DNA of 64,000 nt, taken from positions 666-64,665 of the forward strand of contig JARLIA010000014.1 in the NCBI GenBank assembly GCA_031291955.1. Reading direction: 5' to 3'. Origin of the DNA: Minisyncoccota bacterium. Lineage in GTDB: Bacteria > Patescibacteriota > Minisyncoccia > Moranbacterales > UBA2206. Below, piece by piece: positions 8,048-18,105 of the stretch; position 1 is the first letter of the stretch; each line of letters opens with the position of its first letter. Position numbers and translations under genes: made by a program. The notes beneath the pieces were generated by a model. That model ran no database searches. It was not told where the DNA came from and worked only from the letters and a program-made list of their open reading frames with translations.

Positions 8048-11000
8048 TTACGGAATTTGCTGAAACATCCCTGTCAAATTGTGAAAAACAAATCCAGCCA
8101 ATGAGCCGCCTGCGTAACCATTTGGAATCTCTACCCAACCCAATAAATAATCGTTATAAGGTATCTGTGGGAGTGTTGCCACAGCTTGCGTTGCTTCAAT
8201 GCTCCCTTTGATAATTTGCGGTGAGTGAGTTGGGCTTAGCACTATAGCGACTTTCCGATAACATGTACCAGTGCCTGATCCCGTACACCACGCAAACGGC
8301 ACACCGGCGGCTGTGCAACTAGCGCTACAATCGGTTGTTGTATTTACACCAGTCAGATCCCACCAGTTGTCATGTGCCGTCCAATTATAAAATGTGCCAT
8401 TAAGAACCAGGGTGGCGTTGTTCGAGCTTTTCACGTAACCAGCATTTGTGGCGTTGGTAAGTCCTGCCCCATTGGCATTATCCAGTATGCCGTAGCCTTG
8501 GCTAGCGCCTTCTATCATATTATTCACCATCATACCTGTTTTCCAAGTGCTTGATGGGGGTGTTCCTGGAAAAAAGAGATCAGTTGTAAAACCTGAAACA
8601 TTATTACCTGATATATTAGTTTGTCCTGTAGTGACATCTATCCCATAATCCGCAGTTATACCATTTATTGTTTGACCGATGACTGTATTGCCAGTTATAT
8701 TCACGCCGTATGAAGCACACGTTCCGGTTCCGTTCCCTGTGCAACATGCAAACGGTACACCAGGAGCCGTACACTGTCCGTTACTTGTACTTGTTGCTAT
8801 TCCGCGAGTTCCACTTACATAATTATTTGAAATTTGTGTCCTTGCGTTTGTATTGATTGCATAATTCGTTCCAAGGCACCAATCTAGTAGTGCTATTCCG
8901 TAACCAGAACCGTTTGTAGTCCAGTTTCCGGTAACTACATTATTAACGATTTGTGTCCCAATTCCTGAAAGTACAATTCCTTCTTGTATATTTTCTACGT
9001 GATTTCCGTCCACTATCATATTCACAGAGTTGCGGTGGGAGTTTATAGCTTGCCCGCCATTAAGCGGAGGTAAGGCACCGCTAAACGAACACCCCTTAAT
9101 TGTAGGGTTCCAATCTAATTCATAACCTGCTGATGTAATGCCATTTCTAACGTTTATTCCTTTACTGTTTTCAATAGTTGCCCAATTATTTCCATTACTC
9201 AAGCTATAAGGATAGCCGGCTGGATAAGTTGTATCAGCACAGTTATACACTTCGTTATTTGTCATTAAGCCATGATCAGTCCAGTTAAAATCAAAACCGC
9301 CAACGTCACAATTAGTACTCTTGCTGTCCATAATAATTGGACTGTTAGCATATCGTATTCCAACAGCACTTTGTCTTTGTCCTGATCCTGCGCCTGTGAT
9401 TTTTACATTATCTAGTACAGGATTCTCTATAGGAATAATCCTAGTGAGAGTCATTACATATCCACTTCCCGCACTAATTGTATAATCAGTTCGAAGTCCT
9501 GTTTTTAATGTTATCGTGTTATTTCCAACAGATGCAATTGAGGACAGTTCGCTTGTTACATAATTTCCAGTTCCACAACCACCCCATGGCTGAGTGGATA
9601 TAATTTCCAGCATGTCACCAGGGGCAAATCCGGTTGAATTTGCAACATTAAGCGTTAGCGTTGTTGTAGGCACAAACGTATTAGTTACATCCAAAGGGCC
9701 GGTGACTGTGGTTGTCGTGGTTGTAACTGTGCCTGATATCATTAAAGCTGTATAAGGTGGGCCGCATGTACCAGCATGATAACCCGTGCAGCATCCATAA
9801 GGAGCGGCGGCGGCTGTACATGCGTTATTGCCTGTAGAAATCAAATTTACACAGTCAAGAGCCAGGTCTTTAATAGTTAAATTATTGATATTTGTATAAA
9901 CTATATACTCATTATCTTTGTAAGTTTTTGATACATCGCCTAAAAGTGTGCCTCCAACATTTACTAATGAATTACCGGCTGCTTGAAGAGCTGCAAAATC
10001 ATCAGTAGAATCATCTCCCTTCGCTCCAAACCACTCTGGATAGACCGTCCCGCCATTGCTGAACGTCACGGTTCCCGTCCCTGCAAATATCTGGTAACGT
10101 CCAGCGGTTGGTATGGACATGCTTAGCGTGTGTCCCGTAGTAGTGATCGTCGCTCCCTGCATTGGCCTTAAATCGCAGGTGAGAGCCAGATCACCCGTAA
10201 GCGTCACGGGCGCGGTCAGATAGACCGTTCCGGCAAAGTTCGCATCGGCTGTAAGTTGGGCCAGGGTGTTGGCGGTTATATACGTACCTCCTATTTTTAC
10301 CGAGCCATCAAATTGCGCATTCCCGTTCACCTCCAATGCCGCTTGGGGATTGGTCGTACCGATTCCCAAGTTTCCTTGGATCGCCACATTGCCGTCGGCC
10401 ATCAGCTGGCTAGCATAGAGCGAACCGAAAGTGGCGCCACCAACCACCGACAATTGAGAACCGGGAGACGTCGTTCCGATTCCTACTTGACCGGAACTGT
10501 TAACCGTCAGTCCTTCCATTCCTCCGCCCGCGCTGATATGGAGCGGATTGAGAAGCGATCCAGTGTTGGTGGTGATGTTCATGAGATATCCTGTTCCGGA
10601 ATTTCCAGTGGTATCTGAGAGACTAAAAAGATCATTCGAGCCAGTACTCGCGCCGAAAGTCAAACCAGCCTTATTGCTTCCCATCGAAAGGGTGGTGTTT
10701 TGAGTGGGATTCCCCAGTTGGCTAAAAGGCAGCGTTCCGGAGAGACTGCCGGCGGTGGTAGCTGTCGTTGCATTGGTTGCATTGGTTGCGGAAGTCGCGC
10801 TGGTGGCTGTCGCGGCGTTGCCGGAAATACTGATGCCGTAAGTGCCGGAGATGAGAGCATTAGCAGTCAGCGTGCCGGAACCGGCCGAAAGAGTTTGTCC
10901 ACTCCCAAGACTAAGAGCCTGATCCAATTTGGACGCGGTGATGGCGCCATTGTTGAGACTTATGGTAACACCGCCGCCGAGGATTGAGTTGCTACCGCCG

Positions 11001-11758
11001 GCAACAGTCAGGCCGGAAGAGCCGGTGATATCGCCCGTCGACTCATTGGCCCATTTATTGGAACTGTTCATAACCAAAACATCGCCCGCGGCCGGGTTGG
11101 AGATATCAGTGTCAGTAAGAGCCGAGAGAGTGGTCACGCCGCCGGAGCCGACTATTTCCGACCAGCCGGTGTTGGTAGCGGTGCCGGAAGTTTTAATGTA
11201 AAGCTTGTCATTGGTCGAATCGATAGCCATATCTCCCACCGACCCGGTCTGGACGCCATTGGGATCGCCAGTGCCCTGATAGACACTGGTGCCATTGACA
11301 GCATCGGCGTTAAAAGCGTAGGCGGCCGCACCGATCCGTTGTCTCGGAGACATCTCAACATCGGTGCCAACAGTGATGCCGGCGTAGTAAGTGTCCTGGG
11401 AAAAATCCACCGTCATCGTGTTGCCGGATCCCGAACCGAGGAGCACCGTAAAATTACCATCTTTGACAGCGACCGCATTGCTGTTAGCAGTAGTGTAATT
11501 GCCTGTCCAGACCGGCGTGCCGCCGGTGGCAGTGGTGTAAATTTTAAACACCATGTCATAATTGCCGTCAGTCGCGATAGCTCCACTGAAAGATTTTAGA
11601 ACACCGAAGTAGGTCAGTTCCTTGTTAATACCGGAAGCGGCTTTCACGTTATGGAAAACAAAAAGACCTCCCAAGAGAATCAGGGAAATCAAAAGATATC
11701 TGAAAAGTTTCGAATTCCGCGGTTTAATTAAGAGAGAGGGTAGGCTTGGGAATTTCAT
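8048..11758 (-). CDS. Giant secreted protein with tail-fibre-like repeats and a pectate-lyase-fold (right-handed beta-helix) depolymerase-like domain
   Basis: It has an N-terminal signal/TM. Tail-fibre-type repeats (VGIGTTSPGSQLSV, LGIGTTNPQAALEV) and the beta-helix signature YPEWFGAKGDDSTDDFAALQAA are present. Three Cys-rich repeats of the form CTA(A/P)GVPFA(C/W)CTG(N/S)GTGTC also occur. Confidence 0.6.
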   Translation of the reverse strand: MKFPSLPSLLIKPRNSKLFRYLLISLILLGGLFVFHNVKAASGINKELTYFGVLKSFSGAIATDGNYDMVFKIYTTATGGTPVWTGNYTTANSNAVAVKDGNFTVLLGSGSGNTMTVDFSQDTYYAGITVGTDVEMSPRQRIGAAAYAFNADAVNGTSVYQGTGDPNGVQTGSVGDMAIDSTNDKLYIKTSGTATNTGWSEIVGSGGVTTLSALTDTDISNPAAGDVLVMNSSNKWANESTGDITGSSGLTVAGGSNSILGGGVTISLNNGAITASKLDQALSLGSGQTLSAGSGTLTANALISGTYGISISGNAATATSATSATNATNATTATTAGSLSGTLPFSQLGNPTQNTTLSMGSNKAGLTFGASTGSNDLFSLSDTTGNSGTGYLMNITTNTGSLLNPLHISAGGGMEGLTVNSSGQVGIGTTSPGSQLSVVGGATFGSLYASQLMADGNVAIQGNLGIGTTNPQAALEVNGNAQFDGSVKIGGTYITANTLAQLTADANFAGTVYLTAPVTLTGDLALTCDLRPMQGATITTTGHTLSMSIPTAGRYQIFAGTGTVTFSNGGTVYPEWFGAKGDDSTDDFAALQAAGNSLVNVGGTLLGDVSKTYKDNEYIVYTNINNLTIKDLALDCVNLISTGNNACTAAAAPYGCCTGYHAGTCGPPYTALMISGTVTTTTTTVTGPLDVTNTFVPTTTLTLNVANSTGFAPGDMLEIISTQPWGGCGTGNYVTSELSSIASVGNNTITLKTGLRTDYTISAGSGYVMTLTRIIPIENPVLDNVKITGAGSGQRQSAVGIRYANSPIIMDSKSTNCDVGGFDFNWTDHGLMTNNEVYNCADTTYPAGYPYSLSNGNNWATIENSKGINVRNGITSAGYELDWNPTIKGCSFSGALPPLNGGQAINSHRNSVNMIVDGNHVENIQEGIVLSGIGTQIVNNVVTGNWTTNGSGYGIALLDWCLGTNYAINTNARTQISNNYVSGTRGIATSTSNGQCTAPGVPFACCTGNGTGTCASYGVNITGNTVIGQTINGITADYGIDVTTGQTNISGNNVSGFTTDLFFPGTPPSSTWKTGMMVNNMIEGASQGYGILDNANGAGLTNATNAGYVKSSNNATLVLNGTFYNWTAHDNWWDLTGVNTTTDCSASCTAAGVPFAWCTGSGTGTCYRKVAIVLSPTHSPQIIKGSIEATQAVATLPQIPYNDYLLGWVEIPNGYAGGSLAGFVFHNLTGMFQQIP

Positions 11759-12060
11759 TTTATTTTATTTTATTTTAATAATTTTTTTAGCTCGCGCCGG
11801 TCAATCTGATTGAGTTTGTGCTCCACGACGTTTTTCAATCTCTCGTCCATCTTCTCATCTATCTTATTGATTTTTCCATCCACAATATTCATCTTTTCGT
11901 CCATTCCGACAAAACCTTTTTATACCATCCTTGCTAGCTCATCAATCATCATTTCTTTGTTTTTCTCCATATTTTTTAAAATGATTTTACACTTTTAATT
12001 TTAACACCCCCAAAAACTGTGTCAACAAAAAAAACCACTGTGGATAATCCAATCCAAAAC

Positions 12061-12106
12061 CAAAACTCCGCCTCTTCTAATTTCACAGGCGGAGTTTAGT
12101 TTTTGT
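12061..12106. terminator. Bidirectional intrinsic terminator hairpin
   Basis: The hairpin is aaactccgcc...ggcggagttt, flanked by T-runs on both strands. Confidence 0.5.
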
Positions 12107-12134
12107 CGCGGATTATCTCTCTCATAGATTGTAC

Positions 12135-12485
12135 TTAAGCTTGGTACTGCGTAGTCGCCGCGGAAGAGCTCCATGCTGCCAGAGCCGCCACGATGATACC
12201 CAGGATTATGTCATTCCAAAGCGAAGAGACATTAACATAGCCCAAGAAAAACGGAGAGATGATCAACCAGAGACCCAGGATCACATTGATCCAACTTAGC
12301 CAACCGGAGGTGGTCGGCGTGAAGAGCCGGATAAGCGCCAAGATTCCAACGATGATTCCGATAGTGATGTCATTAGAAGCGGCGGAGGTATGAGAGTAAT
12401 TCAAAACATACGGCGCGACAATTAGCCAGATCGCGGCCAAAACGTTGAGTCCGCTGGCGGTCATAGCTTGTTCCCTGTTTGCCAT
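12135..12485 (-). CDS. Small 4-TM membrane protein, SPW-repeat-like
   Basis: It is hydrophobic with two repeats containing the motifs VAPYVLNY and IISPFFLGY. A perfect SD (AAGGAGGTG) lies upstream. Confidence 0.4.
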   Translation of the reverse strand: MANREQAMTASGLNVLAAIWLIVAPYVLNYSHTSAASNDITIGIIVGILALIRLFTPTTSGWLSWINVILGLWLIISPFFLGYVNVSSLWNDIILGIIVAALAAWSSSAATTQYQA

Positions 12486-12607
12486 ATTACTTCACCTCCT
12501 TTCTTAATTTTGGCTGTCCTCTCCGCAAATTTTCCATCATCTCCTTATCGTTATGGATTGCGAAAGACTTGATCCAAATGTGATTTTAATACATTTTTAT
12601 TTTTTGG

Positions 12608-15600
12608 TTATTTCAATCCGGCCATGACCACCACCGTAGCTTTCCTTTCGAACTTCCCCCACTTGACCAGACGGCCTTTCAAGGCCGTGACAACCGCCTT
12701 GATAGCCACGTAATACATAAGCTGGCGATAATAGAAACGCTGGAGCGGCAACCAAAACAGCAGTCGCCAATCTTCTTTGTGTTCAAGGAAAAACGGGATG
12801 GCCGCCGTAACCAGATCGACCAGCAGGAAGAATATATAGAAAATAAGAAATTTCTTGAAAGCGTAAAGCGGAGAAATGTCGCCGGCCGGATGAAAATAGG
12901 TCTGCCAAGCTCCCCAGAAAAGCGTAATGACCATCATTAGATCCATGAGAGGCGAGACGAGAGGAAAGAAAATCTGGAAGATAAAGATATTTGGAATGCC
13001 AAGAAAGCCCAGCGCATTGTATTCCTTTTTCACAGCCAGGTCCTTGTGTTTCCAGGCAGTTTGGAACATCCCATACATCCAACGGAAACGCTGCTTGATA
13101 AAATTTTTAGTGGAATCAGGCGCTTCGGTATAAGCAATGGCTTCGTCGTCATAGGCAACCTGATGCCCCTGACGGATAATGCTAAACGTCAGATCTGCAT
13201 CTTCCGCCAAAGTGTCCTCGGAAAATCCTCCAGCCTCCAAGATAGCGCTTCGCCGCCAAGCACCGACCGCTCCGGGCACCACCGTAATGCAATTAAGCGC
13301 TTCAAAAGCCCGCCGATCCAGGTTTTGACTGGTGATATATTCCAGCGCCTGCCAACGCGTGAGAATATTTATCCGGTTCCCCACCTTGGCGTTGCCAGCC
13401 ACCGCCGCCACTCTCCGGTCCAGAAAGCAGCGCACCAGCTTTTCGATCGTATCCGATCGGAAAACCGTATCCGCGTCGAGAGTCACAATTATTTCCGCTT
13501 TGGTCATCGCGATGCCGAAATTGAGCGCTGATGATTTCCCGCCATTTTCTTTCCTGAAGATTTTGACCCAGCCGTTTTTCCCGAAATTATTTTCTAACAC
13601 CGCCCAAGTGCCGTCCGTTGATCCATCGTCAACCACGATAATATTGAAATTCGGATAAGTCGATCGCAAAATGGAATCAACCGTCTTGACAACAACTTTT
13701 TCTTCATTGTAAGCGGGAATGATGACGCTAACCGAGGGTTTGTAGTGGACGGTTCGGGAAAGTTTCCGCCAAGCACCCCTCCGGGAATGAGTCCACTGGG
13801 CAATCGCCAGAAGTCCGATAAAAATGAACCGAGCCGTTCCCAGAATGATTCCAACCTTAAACATCAGCAGCATAAATTGATTGAATCCGGAAGCGACCTG
13901 GACCGTTATGTCGTTGGCATAAGCGATAGCTCTTTCCTCGAACGTAATTTTCGGCATCACACTGTCTCTCGAAATCCCGAGCAAATCGGAAACCGGGACA
14001 ATCTGAAATCCCGCCGCCCGCAATCCCTCGATTATTTTCGGCAAAGCTTGGACTGTTTCTTCACGGTTGCCGCCGCCGTCATGGAGCAAAACGATGTTTC
14101 CCTGTCCGTTCTTGGCGGCCGTAAGAACCCGATTGACAATCTGAGAAACGCCGGGACGTGTCCAATCAGATGGATCAATATGCATCGAAACGGTGTAATA
14201 TCCAAAATTACTGGAAGACAATGGCTTCACCTGATCGGGCGTGGTCGGTTCAATATCTTCGGCGTAAGGCGGGCGAAAAAGCAAGGTTTTGTGTCCGGTG
14301 ATCGCTTCGATGACCCGCTGGGTGGCGCCTACTTCAAAAACAAACTGGGCGCCGGTTATCTTGGAAATATCTGGATGAGTGTAAGTATGATTGCCAATTT
14401 CATTGCCGTTGACATATTCCTCTCGGACTATATCCGGACTGAAATTGGCGTTGACGCCTATTACGAAAAAGGTGGCCGAAGCATTCTCTTTCTTTAGAAC
14501 GTCCAAGATTTGAGGGGTATATTTATTGTCCGGGCCGTCATCAAAAGTCAAGGCGATTTTTTTACTGCCCGTCCCCCAGCGATTGATTACGTAGGGAGAT
14601 GGGTAGCTCATGATCTGAGTTTTTTTTATGAGTCCCGAAGCGGAATCATAGTTTATTTGGCGCCAACCGCCCTGGGGCGTTTCAGTCACCCGCAAAATCT
14701 CACCCTGACCCTGATAACTGATGTCATAACCATATTGCATATTGGATAACGCTTGGGCGGCGGAAGCGTCCAGATTTTTGTCATTTATAAAATCATTCCA
14801 GACGGTCGGATCTTCCGCTCCGAGCCGCCAAAGAGCGAACCCCGCCGGAGCGCCCGACCGTTCGGCGGCTACCATCTGGTCGTAAACAGAAACACCATCT
14901 AAAAACCAGACATGATGAAGAATATTGTTGGCGTCGGTATAATCAAAAGTCGGATTAAGCGACTGACTGTCGAGATTCACCGCAGCGTTCGCTTTTTTAG
15001 CTTCCTGGATCGCCTGCTCGAAAGTGAGATCAATTCCCGAACCCGAGGGAGCGGGGTTGTCTCCAGACCAGTCATAGCCATAGTTCCCCAGAGAAATAAT
15101 GAATTTTTTGGCTGAAACCTCGGAAAATCTGTTCGCAATTTCCGCCTCAAACCAAGGCTGGGAAGCGATCGGCCCGGGTCCGGTATCATAAACATCATGT
15201 TCGTCATATGCCATCAGGATCAAATAATCGGCGTTCTGACTAAGCGCCTTGTAATTGAATGACGAGTCATCCAGGGGCACATTCATGGTCACCTCCAGTC
15301 CCAGCGGATGGAATTTTTGATAAAGTTCCTGCATGAACAACACCAAATCGGGCTGATCCTGATTTGACACATTCTCAAAATCAATTGAAATTCCGGCAAA
15401 TTTATTCTGCTGGACGTAAGTTAAAAGACTGTCCGCTGTTTTGGTTCGCAAGGCCGGGTTTTCCAACATCGCGGATAGGCGCCCGCCGTCAAAGGCCTGA
15501 GTCTGATTGTTGAAATTATCGATAAGAGGCGTAATGCGCAAGCTGGGACGATTGGCTTGGATATAACCCCAGACATCCGATTGGTAAGACTGGTTGTAAG

Positions 15601-16057
15601 GCGTCACCGTACCCTGGTTGTCGGAAAGATTGAGCCACTCGGGCACCAACTGATCAATACTGCCCAGATTCTGCTTAAGCGACACCAAGCTGTTGTCGTC
15701 CCAGTTGACAAAATAGGCCAATGTTTTGGGTTTTGTTGTGGTCGGATCAACCGGATCCATCGCCTGTCCGACCAGAAGAGCGTTCTGCATAAATGGGATT
15801 TGAAGACCAGGCGCGCCCAAACTGGCCGGGGCGCTCGCGGCCGCAATGCCAGAAGCTGACTGCGGCGCGCTCCGATAAACTCCGGCCGGATCCTGGATAT
15901 CCAGTTTTGGAAGTTTGGGCGGAATAATGACACTAGCCAAAGTGACGCTAAAAACTGTCGCTAAAAAAAGGACGAGTGGAACAAGCGTCCTTTTGGAATA
16001 GCGCCAGCGTCGGTGTTTCTTATCATAAAAAATTGGAGGTTTTTTTTGCGCAGTCAT
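12608..16057 (-). CDS. Multidomain exopolysaccharide enzyme: N-terminal TM, GH18-like domain, NodB/CE4 polysaccharide deacetylase, TM segment, processive GT2 synthase (PgaC/IcaA/NodC-like), and C-terminal TMs
   Basis: The GH18 domain shows FAGISIDFE. The CE4 domain shows TFDDGPD and GNHTYTHP. The GT2 domain shows VIIPAYNEE, VVDDGSTDGT and QRFRWMYG (the QxxRW motif). Confidence 0.7.
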   Translation of the reverse strand: MTAQKKPPIFYDKKHRRWRYSKRTLVPLVLFLATVFSVTLASVIIPPKLPKLDIQDPAGVYRSAPQSASGIAAASAPASLGAPGLQIPFMQNALLVGQAMDPVDPTTTKPKTLAYFVNWDDNSLVSLKQNLGSIDQLVPEWLNLSDNQGTVTPYNQSYQSDVWGYIQANRPSLRITPLIDNFNNQTQAFDGGRLSAMLENPALRTKTADSLLTYVQQNKFAGISIDFENVSNQDQPDLVLFMQELYQKFHPLGLEVTMNVPLDDSSFNYKALSQNADYLILMAYDEHDVYDTGPGPIASQPWFEAEIANRFSEVSAKKFIISLGNYGYDWSGDNPAPSGSGIDLTFEQAIQEAKKANAAVNLDSQSLNPTFDYTDANNILHHVWFLDGVSVYDQMVAAERSGAPAGFALWRLGAEDPTVWNDFINDKNLDASAAQALSNMQYGYDISYQGQGEILRVTETPQGGWRQINYDSASGLIKKTQIMSYPSPYVINRWGTGSKKIALTFDDGPDNKYTPQILDVLKKENASATFFVIGVNANFSPDIVREEYVNGNEIGNHTYTHPDISKITGAQFVFEVGATQRVIEAITGHKTLLFRPPYAEDIEPTTPDQVKPLSSSNFGYYTVSMHIDPSDWTRPGVSQIVNRVLTAAKNGQGNIVLLHDGGGNREETVQALPKIIEGLRAAGFQIVPVSDLLGISRDSVMPKITFEERAIAYANDITVQVASGFNQFMLLMFKVGIILGTARFIFIGLLAIAQWTHSRRGAWRKLSRTVHYKPSVSVIIPAYNEEKVVVKTVDSILRSTYPNFNIIVVDDGSTDGTWAVLENNFGKNGWVKIFRKENGGKSSALNFGIAMTKAEIIVTLDADTVFRSDTIEKLVRCFLDRRVAAVAGNAKVGNRINILTRWQALEYITSQNLDRRAFEALNCITVVPGAVGAWRRSAILEAGGFSEDTLAEDADLTFSIIRQGHQVAYDDEAIAYTEAPDSTKNFIKQRFRWMYGMFQTAWKHKDLAVKKEYNALGFLGIPNIFIFQIFFPLVSPLMDLMMVITLFWGAWQTYFHPAGDISPLYAFKKFLIFYIFFLLVDLVTAAIPFFLEHKEDWRLLFWLPLQRFYYRQLMYYVAIKAVVTALKGRLVKWGKFERKATVVVMAGLK

Positions 16058-16222
16058 TTTTGTTTTTCGGTATAATAGTTATAAAAAATCCTTTTCCAGA
16101 ATATTACAACAATAATACAGCCAGTCTTGCAAAAAATATCCCCCCAATCAGATCAAAGAAAAGAAGCGCTCAAAAGAGCGCTTCTTACGATTACATTCAT
16201 CCTATGATTTTTAATATTTAAT

Positions 16223-17137
16223 TTAATTCCAATAAACCTGATCAGCAGTGATGATCTGTTTCCATGGACCGCTGGGCACTTGAGAGGCCGGGATGAATTG
16301 CCAGTCAGTCCTGTCCTCGTCCGACAGTCCAAGGTAATCGTGAACAGCTGGCGAAACGTCAAGTCCGGCGTGACTGTTAGTTTTGCTGCTTGGAGTAGCA
16401 CTGCCAAAAACATAACTAGAGTCGTTTTCACCGAACGGCCCAACGTCTTCCCACTGGGCGTAAGCGATCTTGCCGCCTTTGGTGATTTTTATCCACTGGT
16501 TCTTGCAAACACTGTCTTGGGAGCCGTATTTTTCCCCGGCCGCCCAAGGCACCACGGACGCTAAGTTTTTCCTATGATTGCCATTGCCGTCGAAATCATT
16601 GTATGGCAGGGCGAAGTAGAAAGGATTTTCTTTGGGTGTAAATCCGGCCGGCAGATAGCCGTTTCTTTTGCCGGGATTATCCACGCCGCCGAAATGAGCT
16701 TGCCAATCATCATCCCAAGCACTGGAAGTATTGGAAATGTCCTTATTATCCGAATCACCCGGCTCTCCCACCCAGAAGTAGGTAGTTGAAATATTCGCGT
16801 GCAGCGGATATGAATTGGCAACGATGGCCGTTTCGGCTGAAGTTGTCTGATCGTTCTGAGACGCCGCACTGGCACCAGGAGCATTGTTCGTTTCTGCCGT
16901 CCCGTTGCTACTAGCCGGCTGGCTATCAGTTTGGCTCGTGTTCGATTTCTTCTTTTTATTTTTTGCTGCTTGCGGTTTTGTTTTTTGCGCCTCCGCTCTT
17001 TGGACATTCCATTTGCCACTGGCGGCCAAAGTGATCGAAGTCGCCCCGGCCAGCACGATCAGCAGGATCGATGCTTTGTAAATAAATTGTTTTTTGTTTT
17101 TTATTTTTATTTTGTCGATCATTTTTTTGATTGACAT
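16223..17137 (-). CDS. Secreted protein with putative DPBB (RlpA/expansin-like) domain, paralog 1
   Basis: It has a signal/TM, a low-complexity linker and a Trp-rich domain: TTYFWVGE...CKNQWIKITKGGKIAYAQWEDVGPF...AGLDVSPAV.DYLGL. Confidence 0.4.
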   Translation of the reverse strand: MSIKKMIDKIKIKNKKQFIYKASILLIVLAGATSITLAASGKWNVQRAEAQKTKPQAAKNKKKKSNTSQTDSQPASSNGTAETNNAPGASAASQNDQTTSAETAIVANSYPLHANISTTYFWVGEPGDSDNKDISNTSSAWDDDWQAHFGGVDNPGKRNGYLPAGFTPKENPFYFALPYNDFDGNGNHRKNLASVVPWAAGEKYGSQDSVCKNQWIKITKGGKIAYAQWEDVGPFGENDSSYVFGSATPSSKTNSHAGLDVSPAVHDYLGLSDEDRTDWQFIPASQVPSGPWKQIITADQVYWN

Positions 17138-17337
17138 CTGTTTTTTTTATTAATGATTAACCCAATTATATTTTGGTGCCGAATATTTTACTATGGAACG
17201 ATAAATCGGTCAACAATCTTCTGATAAAAAGTTATCCACAGGCGATAGACCCTCCAATAAGCCCTACTTTTTCTTTTTGGCATTTTTGGATATTTTTAGA
17301 TGTAGTAAAATTAAAGAAACAGAAAACATTTTTCAAG

Positions 17338-18060
17338 ATGAAATATCTTAACCACAAAAACTTTTTTTCAGTTGTGATTTTCGTAGCGGTCATGACTGCG
17401 TCCGGTGTTTTGGTTTTTTATTCACAAAAACGCGGCCGGTCTCCTCTCCCGCTTCCGGGGATTGTCGGAATCTACTATCCGGTCCACAAAAACATCACCG
17501 TCACCACTTTCTGGGTCGGCGAAAAGGCCGATCGGTCCAACAAGTATATTGCCAACGACCAAAGCGCCTGGGACAATCATTGGCAAGATCATTATGGCGG
17601 TGCGGACAACCCGAACGACCGGAACGGTTATTTTCCGGCCGGATTTACACCCAAGGAAAATCCCTTCTACTTCGCTCTGCCATACAATGATTTAAACGAC
17701 AACGGAACAAGAAGGAGCGACGCGGCCAGTGTCGTCTATTGGTCAGGAAATCAAAACTGGAGCCCCAACCAATCCATGTGCAAGAATCAATGGATTAAAA
17801 TCACTAAAGGCGGCAAGATAGTTTATGCCCAGTGGGAGGACGTCGGGCCTTTTTCTGAAAATGATGCGGCTTATGTTTTCGGCAACGCGATACCAGAGAG
17901 TAAGACTAATAACCATGCCGGGTTGGATGTTTCCCCGGCCGTCGAATCTTATTTAGGCCTCAAGGGAGAAGATAAGATCGATTGGCAGTTTGTAACAGAT
18001 TCTCAGGTGCCCAGCGGTCCCTGGAAACAGATTGTCACCGCTTCGCAAATAAGTTTTTGA
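17338..18060 (+). CDS. Secreted protein with putative DPBB domain, paralog 2 (divergent from 16223-17137)
   Basis: Its domain is highly similar to that of 16223-17137. The probable start is MKYLNHK; the ORF track extends upstream to 17173. Confidence 0.4.
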   Translation: MKYLNHKNFFSVVIFVAVMTASGVLVFYSQKRGRSPLPLPGIVGIYYPVHKNITVTTFWVGEKADRSNKYIANDQSAWDNHWQDHYGGADNPNDRNGYFPAGFTPKENPFYFALPYNDLNDNGTRRSDAASVVYWSGNQNWSPNQSMCKNQWIKITKGGKIVYAQWEDVGPFSENDAAYVFGNAIPESKTNNHAGLDVSPAVESYLGLKGEDKIDWQFVTDSQVPSGPWKQIVTASQISF

Positions 18061-18105
18061 TTTTATAAAATCGAACAAACACCTGAACCTAAAACACCAG
18101 CTTGG

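Noticed and set aside
11810-11998. A plus-strand ORF with the translation MSLCSTTFFNLSSIFSS...
   Set aside because: It is pure Ser/Phe/Ile low complexity. The opposite strand carries a more gene-like small ORF.
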